DNA of 64,000 nt, taken from NCBI RefSeq assembly GCF_018350175.1, contig NC_058368.1, positions 34,536,001 to 34,600,000 of the forward strand. Direction: 5' to 3'. Below the pieces are notes generated by a model. That model was given only the letters and a program-made list of their open reading frames with translations, had not been told where the DNA came from and ran no database searches. Of the stretch, positions 1-13,243 are shown piece after piece. The number at the start of each line of letters is the position of its first letter. Within the stretch, counting starts at the first letter, position 1. The position numbers and the translations under genes were made by a program. The stretch comes from Felis catus. Taxonomy: Eukaryota.

Positions 1-14
1 CAACATTTCTTTAT

Positions 15-316
15 AGATGCTTTTGTACATGTTGTTCTACCTGGTTGAAACACATTTCTTTCTCCCTTATTCACTTAGCAGATATCAGTCATATTGCCCA
101 AATGTCATCTTCTTTCATTATCCTTCCTAGAGTATTAGGTCTCTTGTAAGCTTATCATAATATCTTCTATAGACCATTTAACAGTGTTTATTATTATTAT
201 TATTATTATTATTATTTCCTCACTTGAGGGGCATTCTTGAAGATCAGAGGCCTTATATGTCTCCCTGATTCTATAGAAAATAACATATTGATTTGTTGAA
301 GAAATAAGTGAATAAT
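15..316 (+). mobile_element. L2 LINE 3' end fragment (degenerate)
   Basis: Resembles an L2 3' region and ends in the typical ATTTGTTGAA..AATAAGTGAATAA tail; contains (TTA)n at 188-216. Confidence 0.5.
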
Positions 317-2906
317 TAAAGCTATATTCCTTTACTTTCACAAAGGATCAAAGGACAAAATAAGTTGAAAGCATATTGTGAAATACAGTAAAATATTTTC
401 ATTATAATTAATATATTTATACTCAGGGCAGTTATTTGATATCATCTTGCTAGTTGGCTAAGAAATAATTTTGAGAGCCTGTTGTCTGAACAAACTATTG
501 CCTGCCTTTTACCACAGCCCATAGCATGCATGGGATTATCAGATATCCCACTAGAATAATGAAGGCTACACAACATTTCAAACTTTGAATGAAGCTGAGG
601 TATCTTAAGAATATGAAATGGAGATGCTGAGTTAAGACCTATTCATTGGTAGGGTGGAATAAGCGCATATTCATTTTAAATTCTAAATACCATAGTAGGA
701 CACATAGACATATATAATTAAAGTGCAGTAGAAGGTATACAGAGATAACTATGTTACTTATAAAATTTAATATACACAGATATGCTCTTATTTAAGGGAA
801 TCATGATTCCTACAATTATCTTTCATCCATGTTGGAATAAAAAAAACAATCAGAGAAGTCAAACTGACAGATACTACATTTTCTAGTAAACTAATGCAAT
901 GAACACTCACACTGGGCATCTAAAGTAGTTATGAGAATAAACAATATATAAGTGGAAGGGATTTAATGAATATAGGAAACATAGACCAGTCATGCAACTT
1001 CCCTAGTGAAAATCTTTATGGCAACTGCACTTACTCACTTTCCAAACACTGCCATCAATGTAGATTTATGTTTTCTCTGGGGTTTTGTATGCAAACAGCA
1101 TTTTATTTTTTTTTCTTATTAAATTTCTTATTAAAATTATTTTCTTGTATATTTTCTTATATTTTCCCTGCTTTATCATCTACTCCCCTCTGTGTTACCC
1201 ATCATCTTCCAGGATTACCTCATTAAAAGTCTGTAGTGACATTTTATACCTTTCTTTTCTATATGCTTATGTAACCTTACAAAAAGAAATAGGCAGATAG
1301 CCTCACAAAGACATGAAATAATGATTTTTGGTTATTTGCTGATTACATATTCACAGCAAACACATCCATAAAAATCCCAGCTAGGCATGGCTAGATGTGT
1401 TTTATTTGTTTCTGGTTAGTAAACATCCTTTCATCAATATTTGTTGACATATTCTGCCTTCCTTGGAATAGCTCTTGTGCAAAATCCCATCCACATTCAC
1501 ATTACTTTTCACTCTATTCCAATTTCTTAATCTTAATCTTTCCTCCCAGAAATAGGCGTTTCAAGAAAGAAAAAGTGAGTAACCCTTTCTACCCACTGCA
1601 AGTTCACCTAATTTAATTGTTGATATGAAATACATAAATGTACCTAGAGGTGTACATTTTCATTGGGTGATAATTAGATGAGTGTCAAAATTAATCTTCA
1701 TACGAAACTCAAGCAGAAGACAAATATCATCAGCATAAAATGAACTCAGAGACCAAAGAATAAATTTGGTGTTACACAAAAGATAACAATTATTAATATT
1801 CTGTTATTAACATTGTAGTAGTTGATTACTTTTAAACATTTTAATATAATGGAGATACAATCAATTTTCAGATCAATTAACTATTGGATTGACTCTGTAT
1901 TTCCTATACTGAATATTTGCAATGCTAAGTAGATGCATTCTTTCACAGGAGGTCAGTTGTGAAACACATTATGTTTTTGGTTCGTTCAACCCAGACAGAA
2001 TACAGCTCATGGTAATATTATCATAAAGCGGTAAAATGTCCCTTCTCTTTCATAGCATCTGATTTAAGGAAAGATTATTTTCCTTAATGGTAGTAATACT
2101 CACATAGCAATTCCCACATTGACAAAATTATATGATCCAATTAATATTCTAGCTTCGACAAGAATCACATGTCCTTCCCAAAGTTATTGAGCTAATGTAT
2201 TCATTCCCAATATTTGTATAAACTATCAGCCTGTTTTTATATTTTCAATTTCTTTTGAGTTCATTACTAACATTTTGGTCCATAGAATCATCTGTGACTG
2301 AAGTCACAATTAATTACTGCAACATTTTACTGCTTTAATAATAAATATATATCTAGACTTCAATTGAATGACAGAATTTCAATATATAACGTAGACTAGG
2401 AGGGTTTTTTTTTTACTGTAACCCAAATTCATATTTGAAATGGATATTCAGATATTACAGTAAGTTTGAACAATGGCAGGCTTTGTTTTCATCACTGGCA
2501 TCATAATGCTAGGATAGATGAGGTGGAGTCTTACCCTAATATCTCTCTCTGTCGCTGATCCCACACAGAGTCAGTCAAGCACGGGGTCAAAGGCTGAGAT
2601 CAAAGTTGAAGAATCATAGTTGCTCATCAGTATCTCTAATGTACCTGTTGCACCAGTATCTTCATCCCTAGACAATGAAAATGAAAACAAAAACATAAAC
2701 AAAAACAAAAAAAAACATTCCTCCCATTCAGGCTTTGCTTTGGAGGAAACAGCAGAAGTCATGCAACTGCCCCTACCCTACTGTTTTCTATTCACCCAAA
2801 TATATTTCCTCATTTTCATTCTTTATCTCTTCTATTACTTTCATTTCTAGTAAAAAGGAATCTCTACCTTTTTACTTATTAAAAGTGTTCCAAAAGCCAT
2901 TTTCTC

Positions 2907-2938
<32 letters not shown>

Positions 2939-2942
2939 GTGT
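2907..2942. repeat. (GT)n microsatellite
   Basis: Directly visible GT run with one GC interruption. Confidence 0.95.
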
Positions 2943-3599
2943 ATAAATCTTGTTTCTTCTACATTTTGTAGTATTACCTTTATCCTTTCTGTCAAATCAT
3001 TTTATTTCTTTCTAAATAAAAATATAACCTCACATCACTCCTATAGCATAAATGACATGTTTTGAACTTAATACTCTCTCAATTCACCACTCCTAATCTG
3101 TTGCCTTTGTCAAACTTTTTGCTAAAAATAGTTTTCATATGCTATCTCCAGTTCATTACCTATTTATTTCTTAGTAGCTTGAAATTAGCTCTCCTCTCTG
3201 AAACATAGCTCCTGTTTAAAACAATATCCCCCGACACAAAAAATATAAGTACGTATTTATAATTTTTAATAAATGTATATATGTGATTATTATCATACTG
3301 ACACCTTTGGTTCAATATTTTGATATTTTTTCTCTTTAGCTTACTTTTCCCATAATTTATGTTGCTATTCACTCCATATATTCATCTCAATTATTTCTCC
3401 GTGGTCTTATAATATTCTCGCTTCCCCTCTCTTTCTGTCTCCCTCTCTCTCACACATGTACATATTCACATGAACACATATAACTCAACATATCTACACA
3501 CATATTTAATGTTTTATTTAGGGGCTGCTTCCTTTAAAAACCATTATGACATCCATGCACTTCAAGATCTTTCTTTTCTCGGGCAAAATATCCACATGT

Positions 3600-4490
3600 A
3601 AATTTCCCTACGTATGTAACTCACTTCTGTTAATGTCAGTGTAGTACACTACATTTTACATATACCCTGATTCATTAACCACTCTGCTGTGGATGGGGGT
3701 TCACATGATTTCCCTTTTTATTTTCCTGCCACTATCGATTGTGCTGCAATAAACATCTCCGTACATATACCCTTAGGTTTTAGTGTTTTTATTCTGAGTG
3801 ATATCAAAGTATTTAGCAATTATTTTGGTGTGAGCCACACCCATAGAAATAGACTCTAAAGATGTAGACCTTACTGTTGTGAAACAACTTCATAAAAATC
3901 TATGGAATAGATTTGCATGAATAGGATTCCTGGGTCAGAGGGTAGGTGTATTTGCAACTCTGTTAAATGTTTCCAAATTGGTTTCCATAAAGGCTACAAT
4001 CATTCATACTCCTTCCAAGAATCAAATATAGTACTGTTTTCTCAACATATCCACTCTCAGAGAATGATATAGGTATTCCTAAACATTTGAGTCAGGTATG
4101 TACTCTGCCATTAGATTGTTACTTTAATTTGCATTCTCATTGTAACTAATGTGCTTGAACATTTTTTTTTCCTCTCTCCCTTCTGCCCCACCCCCCTTAT
4201 TGCGTCTTTTCTCTGTCCTTTTCTGTCTTCTGTTTTTGACAATCTGAACTTGTTTTTCTGAAAATGACTTTTTCATGGTTTCCCCATTATGGTATTAGAT
4301 TGCTTGATTTATCCCCTTCTTATCTTATCAAAAAAGTTTTGAGTAGTACCAGTATTATTCTGTGCCTTCAAGCAGTTTTTCCACATCAATTAAGCAGCTA
4401 TTGTCTCTCTTTAGTATACTTTGACATACAATTTATAAAAATGTTAGAATTGATTTATTTTAAAATTTGTTTTATAACTTTTCAATTCCC
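3600..4490 (-). mobile_element. Old L1 (L1ME-like) ORF2 3' region, degenerate
   Basis: Antisense L1 hallmarks such as TGCTGCAATAAACATC, GGATTCCTGGGTCAGAGGGTA and TTTAATTTGCATT. Confidence 0.7.
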
Positions 4491-4493
4491 TAC

Positions 4494-4690
4494 TATATTA
4501 TTCTGCTTTGGCTGCTCTAACAAAATGCTACAGATTGGGTGTTTTAGACAACAGCATTTATTTTTCCCAGTTCTGCAGGCTGGGAAGTATAAGATCAGAT
4601 TCTGCAGGCAGACTCAGGTACTGGTGAAAGCACTCTCCCTGGCTTGTAGATGCCCATCTTCTCACTGTCTCCATATGGCAGTCCATAGCA
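4494..4690 (-). mobile_element. MaLR LTR (MLT1A-like) with central deletion
   Basis: Both termini recognisable (TATATTATTCTGCTTTGGCTGC ... CAGTCCATAGCA) plus CAGTTCTGCAGGCTGGGAAG; about 200 bp versus about 340 bp for the related solo LTR at 7155. Confidence 0.8.
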
Positions 4691-5930
4691 TTCTGTTCCT
4701 GATCTCCCCAAATTTGTGCCTTCTCAAATGCAAAGTACACTCATACCATCCCAACGGCCTCAAAAGTCTTAACTCCTTCCAACATCAACTCTAAAGTCTA
4801 AATTCCAAAGTCTCATCTTAACATTTAAATCAGAAACAAGTGAAACTGAAGGTATGACTCATCCTGAGGCAAAACTCTCTAGCTGTGAACCTGTAAAACC
4901 AGACAAGTTATGTACTTCCAAAGCACAATGATGGGACAGACATAGGGTAGACATTCCCACTCCAGAAGAGAGAAATTAAAAGAGAGAAAAAAAAAAGAGA
5001 GAGAAAAAAAGTTTTTGAAGCAAGTCCAAAAACAAGCAAGGTAAATATCTTTAGTTTTTGAGTCTTGAGAACAATCCTCTTTGGTTTGATGCTTTGCCTT
5101 CCTAACTTAGTGAAATGGCAGTCCCACCTTTTCTGGGCAGTGGCCATGCCCCCGCAGCTCTCCCCCCTTAGCCTCTTCACACCCTGAAGATTCCTGGGCA
5201 ACCCCACCCTTAAGGCTTGGGGACTGCTGCTTCCTGATTGATTGAAAGCAAGGTGATGCCTCCCATTTGAAACCAAGGAGGCAGTTCTGATGATCTCTGG
5301 ATTACCTTTCCAGGGCATTCTTCCTCTGTCTTGAAGAATAGTGTACATTTACAGCCAAATGTTTCTATGGTTTGATCCTGGGGGATCTAATAAGTCTGAC
5401 AGCCTTCTTTCATTTTGTCTAGTGTCCACCTCCTCCACTTAAAACCGGCAGTGTTTCTGCTGGTGTGGCTGATTAGGGCCATGATTTGCACACATATGAA
5501 TCTCTTTATCAAATGATTATTTAGCCACATCCTTGGCATCTCTTCTAAAAACACTTTACGGTTTTCACAATGTGGATAGACTGAGAATTCCCCAAGCCTT
5601 TAAGTTCTACTTCCTTTTTTAATTAATTTCTTCAATTCATTTCTTTTTCCTCATGCTTTGCTATAAGCAGTCAGGAGGAACCAAGCTGCTCCTTCAATGC
5701 TTTGCTTAGAACCCACCTCAGTTACATATCCAATTTCATCACTAGCAATTTCTACCTCCCACAAAACACAAGAAGAGCAAAACAATTCAGACAAGTTTGC
5801 AGACACTTTATAACAAAGATCTCTATTTTCTAATAACAAGTTTTCATTTCCATCGGAGACCTCATCAAAATGACCTTTCCATCCACATTTCTACAAACAA
5901 CATTTTGCAAAATTATCTCATATCCATGCG
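4691..5930 (-). mobile_element. MaLR internal region (MLT1/MST-int-like)
   Basis: Directly abuts the LTR; motifs AAAGTCTTAACTCC, CCAAAGTCTCATCT, ACTTCCAAAGCACAATG and GGGTAGACATTCCCACTCC typical of antisense MaLR-int. Confidence 0.8.
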
Positions 5931-5974
5931 TACTTCAAAACATTCTATTATTTACTGTGGCAATTTCTACTGGT

Positions 5975-6090
5975 GCCGTTTATGTTTCTAGGTATATGAT
6001 CATGATATCTACAATTAAAATCCAAAACAAGTCATTTCATGTCTTCTTTTCCAATGTTTCTACTAAGTCTTTCATTTACTTACCTCATTA
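5975..6090 (-). mobile_element. Old L1 ORF2 fragment (probable continuation of the L1 interrupted by the MaLR)
   Basis: TTCTAGGTATATGATCATGATATCTAC resembles the antisense L1 RT (ADDMI) region. Confidence 0.55.
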
Positions 6091-6433
6091 AATTTGATTC
6101 TGTTTGAAATCAAACTGGAACCTGACTTATATCAAATAAAATTCTAACACTTTCATTGTGACTCCATTAAAATTTCATTAAAGTATAATGACAAAAATGT
6201 TTATCTCTGCCCAGCTTTGTATATTTAACTTACATGGCATTAGTGATTTTTCTAATTATAATAATGCTTACTGTATTTTTCTTTAAATAGGGTTAATAAT
6301 ATTTAAGGAGTTTCCTTCTCACCTTTTCTTGCATCTAGAAACCACCTGGGATAACTTGGAGTCTACTAACCAGAAGTATCTTCAAAGAATGAGGTTTAGA
6401 AGCAGCTAAAATGAGCAATGGCTTACAATAAAG

Positions 6434-6639
6434 CTCTAGCTTATATTACTGTAATAATACAGTATATAATACATATAACACACAAAATATGTGTTAGTCA
6501 ACTATTTATGTTATTGGTAAGGCTTCTGGTCAATAGTAGGCTATTAGTAAAATTTGGGGGAACTCAAAAGTTATACACAAGTTTGTGACTGGCAGGGAGT
6601 CAGTGCTCCTAACTCCCACGTTAATTCAAGGGCCAACTG
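6434..6639 (+). mobile_element. TcMar-Tigger (Tigger2a-like) right-end fragment
   Basis: GGTAAGGCTTCTGGTCAATAGTAGGCTATTAGTA and terminal TTCAAGGGCCAACTG followed by TA. Confidence 0.8.
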
Positions 6640-6641
6640 TA

Positions 6642-6734
6642 CATATGTATCACATCTCCTTTATCCATTCACCTATCGATTGACACTTAGGTTGTTTCCA
6701 TATATTGGTATTGTAAATAAAGTTGTATTGAACA
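6642..6734 (-). mobile_element. Short L1 ORF2 3' fragment
   Basis: TTTATCCATTCACCTATCGATTGACACTTAGGTTGTTTCCATAT is similar to the young L1 at about 38080. Confidence 0.75.
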
Positions 6735-6759
6735 ACAGAAACAAAAATGAGTAATGGCT

Positions 6760-7058
6760 TCTTATAGGGGGACTGATCTTAAAAGGCTGATGGGACTCAG
6801 TTTTTTTAACCATGGCAGAAGAGATCCACAATACAATCTCATAATTTCATAGATGCTTAGAGTCAGTGACAGTGTAGTTTTTAGTTTGAAAGACCTCTCA
6901 GTAGTTGACATGTTACCTGGTTATGTATCTTTGTACTCTGGCTCCTATCTTTTGTAGAGATGTACTAACTGCTTGGTATTCTTAAACAAATTTATTTCTT
7001 ATTCAAAACAGCCAGAAGGGGTTTTGTAGGCTCATAGCTCACAATTCTGTGCCATAAT
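6760..7058 (+). mobile_element. Probable old ERVL-class LTR upstream of the ERVL internal region
   Basis: 3' end AAATTTATTTCTTATTCAAAACAGCCAGAAGGGGTTTTG resembles ERVL LTR ends; it lies just 5' of the gag-bearing segment. Confidence 0.4.
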
Positions 7059-8860
7059 GAGAAATGGGTGCAAAGGACCCTGCAAGAAATGGGAATTTGG
7101 GATTGATTTTGTCAACTGGTTTGGACTGAAGGCAGTAAGGATATGGTTTATACTTACTATGACCTAGTGAGTGTGTCCACCCAAAATGTATATGTTAAAA
7201 TCTTAATGCCCACTGTGGTGATATTAGAAGGTGAGGCCTTTGGGGATGATTAGGTCATGAGGGTGGAGCCCTCCTAAATAGGATTACTGCCTTCATAAGG
7301 AGGCCCTGGAGAAATATCTACACTCTTCTGCCCTGTGAGGTTACAACAAGGGCACAGAAGTAGGCCTTTCCTAGAATATGCCGGCACTCTGATCTCAGGC
7401 TTCCAGCTTCCAGAACTGTGAGAAATGAATTTCTGTTGTTCATAAGACACCCAGTCTGAAGTATTTTGTTAATGCAGCCCAAAATGTTTGAGACAATACT
7501 GGAATATGGGAAATTGGTAGTCCTTGACTACAATGGCTACTCAGGGAATTTTCACTTTGCTTATTGAAACCAAGGATTAATGGCTGCTAGCAAAGACCAC
7601 TGTGAAGGCTACAAGAAATATACATGGACAACTGGGTTGGATCAGATGCTTTAGATAGTACTGAGGCATTTAAAAAACATGTTACGTTCAGACACAGATT
7701 TGTAGTTTCAGCGAACTCAGACTTCCTTAAAATAATATGTTCATAGGATTTAATTTAGAGATACTATAACTAAAAATCACATTCATGGTAGGAACCTTTG
7801 GCTTGCTGATTTGCAGCACTTGAATTCAGAATTTTATGAGGTCTTTATGTGAAAATTAAGGATTTTTGGGTAGGAAACGGAATCATAAGGTTGCGGTGTG
7901 GGAAATGAGAAAATGTAGATGACTCAAAGGATTCCCTAATCTTTTGGGCCTCCTATCATCCCCTACCTCCCAAAGCTGCTTTGTCTTCTTTAAATCCCTG
8001 TAATGACTTTCCGTAAGGTGATGTCTTCCAAGGAAAAGTAAGTTCTCATACACCATCTTCCCTAGTACTCATTTCCTTTAGATCCTGGAAGCCAATTACA
8101 CAATCAAACCCAGAACAAGAATTATATATCAAATAGAATTGTAAGGATTTCTTTCTTTAATATCTGCCTTGAATTTGGAAATATACATAGGAATGAATGC
8201 AATTAGAGCAGGACCAGGGAGAGAAAAACAACTGTAGATTGTTCTAAATTTTCCAGTATGTTTTCACTCAAGTCTTTGGATTCAATGAAGGATCTTGAGT
8301 AGCTGTGAATTGTTCTAATTCCTGCTGACCTTCATAACCGGCATAAATCATCAATGGTGTTCTCAATTAAACAAAGTTGAAATACTCAGAACTTTGTGTT
8401 ATAATGTAAAGAAGGACTTTAAACACTTAGAAATATTTAAGTGGATTATTTTTCTATAACCTGTTTACTCATCCCTTATTCATGAGCTTGAGAATGCCTG
8501 TGGGGCAGTCCCTTCACCAGGACCTGGGACATACATTCGTGAGAACAGCACCCACGATCTTGAAAGGTTCTAAATGATGGTCCTCTGAGGGCCAGGGATA
8601 CAAGTAGGAAGGCCACCACCTGAGCCTAGTTTTCTCATTATAATGTGGATATTGAAATCTTGGGGCAACAGAGGCCAGAAGCAATACTTAATTGCCAGAA
8701 GAAATAAGAATGCTACTAATGGAATAGGTACCATGGTTAAGGACAAAACCAAAATAGTTTAATCCTTAGGGATGGTTGGCAGTCACTGATCAATTACAAT
8801 ACCCAGTACAGAAACAGATGGGCAGGCCATTAAGGTCCTACATGAGCTATATTAAAAAAT
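7059..8860 (+). mobile_element. ERVL-type internal region with decayed gag
   Basis: Manual translation gives FVRTAPTILKGS (about 8536-8571) and TETDGQAIKVLHELY (about 8807-8851), resembling HERV-L/ERVL Gag; stops and frameshifts present; interrupted by the MLT1A LTR. Confidence 0.65.
7155..7495 (+). mobile_element. MaLR solo LTR (MLT1A-like)
   Basis: Full LTR with TTAGGTCATGAGGGTGGAGCCCTC and CCAGAACTGTGAGAAAT; 5-bp TSD ATACT at 7150-7154 and 7496-7500. Confidence 0.9.
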
Positions 8861-8868
8861 AAATAAAT

Positions 8869-9083
8869 GGGGCAGTTGGGTGGCTCAGTGCATTAAGTGT
8901 CTGACTTCAAATCAGGTCTTGATCTCACTGTTCGTGGGTTTGAGCCCAACATCAGGCTTTATGCTTATGGCACAGAGCCTAGAGTCTGCTTTAAATTCTG
9001 TGTCTCCCCTGTTCTCTGTGTCTCCGCTGCTCATGCTCTGTCTTTCTCTGTCTCAAAAAATAAACATTAAAAATAAATAAATA
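8869..9083 (+). mobile_element. Can-SINE (SINEC_Fc-like)
   Basis: GGGGCAGTTGGGTGGCTCAG head, CT-rich region, AATAAA and A-rich tail. Confidence 0.92.
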
Positions 9084-10308
9084 AGGCAAGGTCATATAAC
9101 TAGAGTTCCAAAATGACTACCATGCAAAACCGGTTTCCCTCACGAAGATGCTAATTCCACTCTGTTTCACCTCTCCCTCCCACTTGCCCCCAGTGAGATG
9201 GAATCTTAAAACAGTTTCACTTTTTCAGCATCTTTTCCTTCTCTTCCCCAAACAAATCTGAGATTTTGCTGATATGGTTTATTACTTTCAGTTATAGAAT
9301 ATTATAGAATTTCCCTTGTAATATTTTATTCCCATGTCAAGAGAACTTAGTTCACATTTATACCACATATTCTCAGGTTAGAATAATCAATTTAAAGTCT
9401 CTCTCCTACTAAACTTCTTGTCATCTTATAGCTTTTAATTTTTGAGATAAGAGTTAAAATTTACTTCAAGGGAGCACTTGGGATTGGAATAAGTATTTAG
9501 GTGTCTTTCAAATGATATGTTTGAAAAATTGGTGACTTCTCTAAGCCAACAACTTAGTTATTAAGTTAGAAAAATTATTATAAAAATTTTAAGATTTAAA
9601 TTTATTATAAAAATATGTTATCAATACCCCTCAAACCCCTTTCTAAGAAGGATTAATTCTGTAAGTTATGACTATTTCAGAGTTCCCACTGAGGGAATAA
9701 GGATTCCATCCAGAGCTGTTAGAAGTCACAGGAGAGAGGGAAGACTGGACAGAAGAAAAAGTAGTGAGGGTTTTGTATATATGCGTGAAATACTACCAAT
9801 TCTTGAGTTTCAACCCCTCACCCCTCAAAAACAAAGATAAACAGAAATGATTTTGTGTTATTTATGGAAAATAACAAGCAGACTGGCTCTGTATGTGTTA
9901 GTAATGTAGTGCTCACAGATGAGGGCTCATTTTGCATTTGGGGTGTGAATGTATCTCTCTACAAATATGATTGTGTACTGGTAAAACACCGTAATTATTG
10001 TTTATTGATATCTGTTCAATGATTTAGGCTCTTTGCCTTCCAGTAAGTCAATTTTCAAATTTTAGCGATATGAAACACATCATCACTAAAATAATTACTT
10101 ACCAAATATTGGAATTTATTTTTAAGTACTCATTTTTATCAAAGAGATAATCCTAAATAGATGGTCTCCACCATTTCAGGGTCTTGTAGAAAAATTAAAA
10201 GTGTTAAAAAAAACTAAAAAAAATTATTAAGCAAAAGTATGCATGTAGTCTACATAAGGCTGGCTGACTTACCTATTCAGGACCTGACCAAAGTAATGTG
10301 ATTAATCA

Positions 10309-10395
10309 TTATTTAGTTATTTAGTTATTTAAGAGAGAGAGAGAGCAAGCGAGATGGGGAGAGAAACAGAGGGAGACAGGGAGGGAGGGGGGGAG

Positions 10396-10435
<40 letters not shown>

Positions 10436-10558
10436 TCTTAGGCAGGCTCCATGCTCAGCCCAGAGCCAGATGTGGGGTTGGATCCCATGACCAGGGGATC
10501 ATGACCTGAGTTGAAATCAAGAGTAGGCCACTCAAACAACTGAGCCACCCAGGTGCCC
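10309..10558 (-). mobile_element. Can-SINE
   Basis: CTGAGCCACCCAGGTGCCC head on the minus strand, long (GA)n and T-rich tail. Confidence 0.92.
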
Positions 10559-10825
10559 ATCATCATTCTTTAAAAACAGTTTTTGTGTGTGGTCAATTTC
10601 CTGTCATACTGTAAGTGCTGGGATGGGCTGCACAGTCATAGACTAAAATTTGTTGGGAAAATTTGAATGGTGTCTTGTGGACAGAAGCACACCGAGACAG
10701 GTGTGGGACTCTACGTTAAAAAAAATCTAAATGGGAAAGATAGGCTTGAGCAACCTGTAACAACAGATTGAAGAGAAAGAGCTAGAACAGCAGCTATCCA
10801 CGCTTCTAGGTATGCTGTATCTTCC

Positions 10826-11261
10826 TGTGAGATGGTTCAACAGGTAGCTGTGTAGATCTGAATGAGTCACGAGTTGCCCAGATTTCTGGTTAAACATTAA
10901 TTTGGGGGTGTGCCTGTGAGGGTGTTTCCAGAAAACACCAGCATTTGAATTGGTGGACTGAGCAAAGGAGTCCACCCTTTTGTAGGTGGGTATCACTCGG
11001 TCCTCTGAAGGCCTGAAGAGAACTAAAAGGTGGAGGAAGGTTGAATTCTCTCTTCCTGCCAGACTGGCTTATTATCTAAAACACTGTTCTTCACCTGACT
11101 TTGGGCTGGGACTTATACCCTTGGTGCTCCTGGCTCTCAGGATTTTTGATTTGGACTGAAATCTACACCACTAGCTTTCCTGGGTCTCTATATTGTATAC
11201 AGCAGATCTTGTGACTTCTCAGCCTCTATAGTCATATGAGCCAGTTCTTTAAAACCAATCC

Positions 11262-11314
<53 letters not shown>

Positions 11315-11395
11315 CCTCCCTCCCTCCCTCTCCTCTGTCTCCCCCCAACCCCTCTCCTATTAATTCTATGTTCCTGGAACATTCTGACTAATCCA
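10826..11395 (+). mobile_element. ERVL solo LTR (MLT2-like)
   Basis: CTGTGAGGGTGTTTCCAG, GCATTTGAATTGGTGGACTGAG, GAAGGCCTGAAGAGAAC and terminal CTGACTAATCCA; (CT)n at 11265-11310. Confidence 0.85.
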
Positions 11396-13105
11396 AGTGA
11401 TCTTGGGCAGATGCCCAGTGAGTCTGGGTAGAGTGTTGGTTAGAACAGAAGCAAGAGGCAGATAGTCCACTTTTGCCCCAAGGAAAGATGTAGAGTGTGT
11501 TCCTCAGGATTGGAGGAAAAGGAAATCTCCAAAGAGCCCACAGAATTGCCATATCAAATGAAAAATGGGTGAGCTGGTGATCATTTAATAAACTAGAGCA
11601 CCAGTCAAAAAGGATCTAATCATCCCTTGCCCCAACCACAGGGAATATAGAAGCTATCTATGATGGGAAGACAGACTAGCTTCCTTTTTGTACTGCTACC
11701 CTGCAGAATATTGTATTGGGCCCTTTTCAGGAATGGGAAATACTTTATATCAGATTAGAAGGTGAAACTTTGAAATTAGTTCAGACTAGGCTTTCTCAAC
11801 CTGCATCTGAGAGTTTCATACCAAAAAGTGTACTGAAAAGCCATGGAGGTGATATACTATCCAGAAACAAGTCTGAACACAGCATTATAGAAAGTTAACT
11901 GTTTGAATTCTATTGAATCCTACCCATTCATAGAAGTTCAACAGTGATTTTCCCCCATTTCCTTTCAAAATACTTAGTAGGGAAATAGTCACAAATGCAG
12001 GAATATGTTTTAATGATCTGTGGGGTCTGAGAAACACAGCTCTGGAGGCCAGGTGTATAAGGGAAAAATGACGCAGGGGCAGAATGGCATAAAGTTGTGG
12101 TAGTACGAATCTTCAAAGTTATAGCATTTTTAGAGCTCTTTGATTTTGTCCTGCCATCAGGGTAAATAAATTGGAATTTCCTATTTGTGTGTTTCCGCTT
12201 AGGGGTAAGGTTTTTAATAATAATATATTTCCTCCAACTGTATCAAAAGATTTAATGGTGATAGAAAAAGGGTGCTACGGGTGGAATTAGAAGAAAGTTA
12301 AAAGTCAGTGCTTTTTTTGTCTAAATGTTATGCCTTTCTGTGCAGCCATCTTTGAATTATCAAGAGGCTAATTCAATCTCTGAATATAATATGAAAATTA
12401 ATATGTTCATAAATGTGAGGAATTTTTAGGAGAATCCTCATATGAAACAGGGATTTTATTGATGAAATTTAGAAAGGATTTAAACATGGACATACAGATA
12501 TAGATACAGATACACACACGTAAGTGTGCAGTCCTGTGGTGGTGTATACAATTATAATTTATGTATATAAAATTTAATAACTTTTCAAACTTTAAAGTAG
12601 TTCTTTACAGGAGTGAAGACTGGTATTCCATTATTTTCCTTTTCTATATTCTTTTGCTTTTGCTTTAGAAAATGCAATAAAATTTTGCTGGGAATCATTG
12701 AAAAGTATTTTTAAAGGAATTGAGAGACAGCAAAATATAATACAAATGTATATATAGATTTAGAAATTTCTGAAAGTAACATCAATAAATGCATAGTGTT
12801 AATTTTCCATTATTACAATGTGTTAAGCATTAAATATTTTAAGCTTTAACTTTAAATAGGTAACATTCAACTTCAATTATTGAGTGAGGATGATTTAATT
12901 GCATCATTTGGTACATTTTCCTCTATTTGAGTTTTTTTCTGTAATCTCTTGAGGAATTCTGTAAAGAAATTACCTATGATTGAATATATCTATAGGTTAG
13001 ATTTGGGTAAATAAATATGTTAAGTAAACACTAAAACTCTCAAAGAATATCTATTTCACTAATGCTATCTAAACTGCTTAATTACTTATGAAAGCAGTGG
13101 TTAAT

Positions 13106-13148
13106 TAGTGGTTCTCTAACCTGACTGCACATTAAAATTATTTGGGTT

Positions 13149-13187
<39 letters not shown>

Positions 13188-13206
13188 TAAATATTTATTT
13201 ATTTAT

Positions 13207-13243
<37 letters not shown>

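Noticed and set aside
4264..5348. 176-aa and 146-aa ORFs as host genes
   Set aside because: They lie within or across L1 and MaLR remnants and show no recognisable protein domain.
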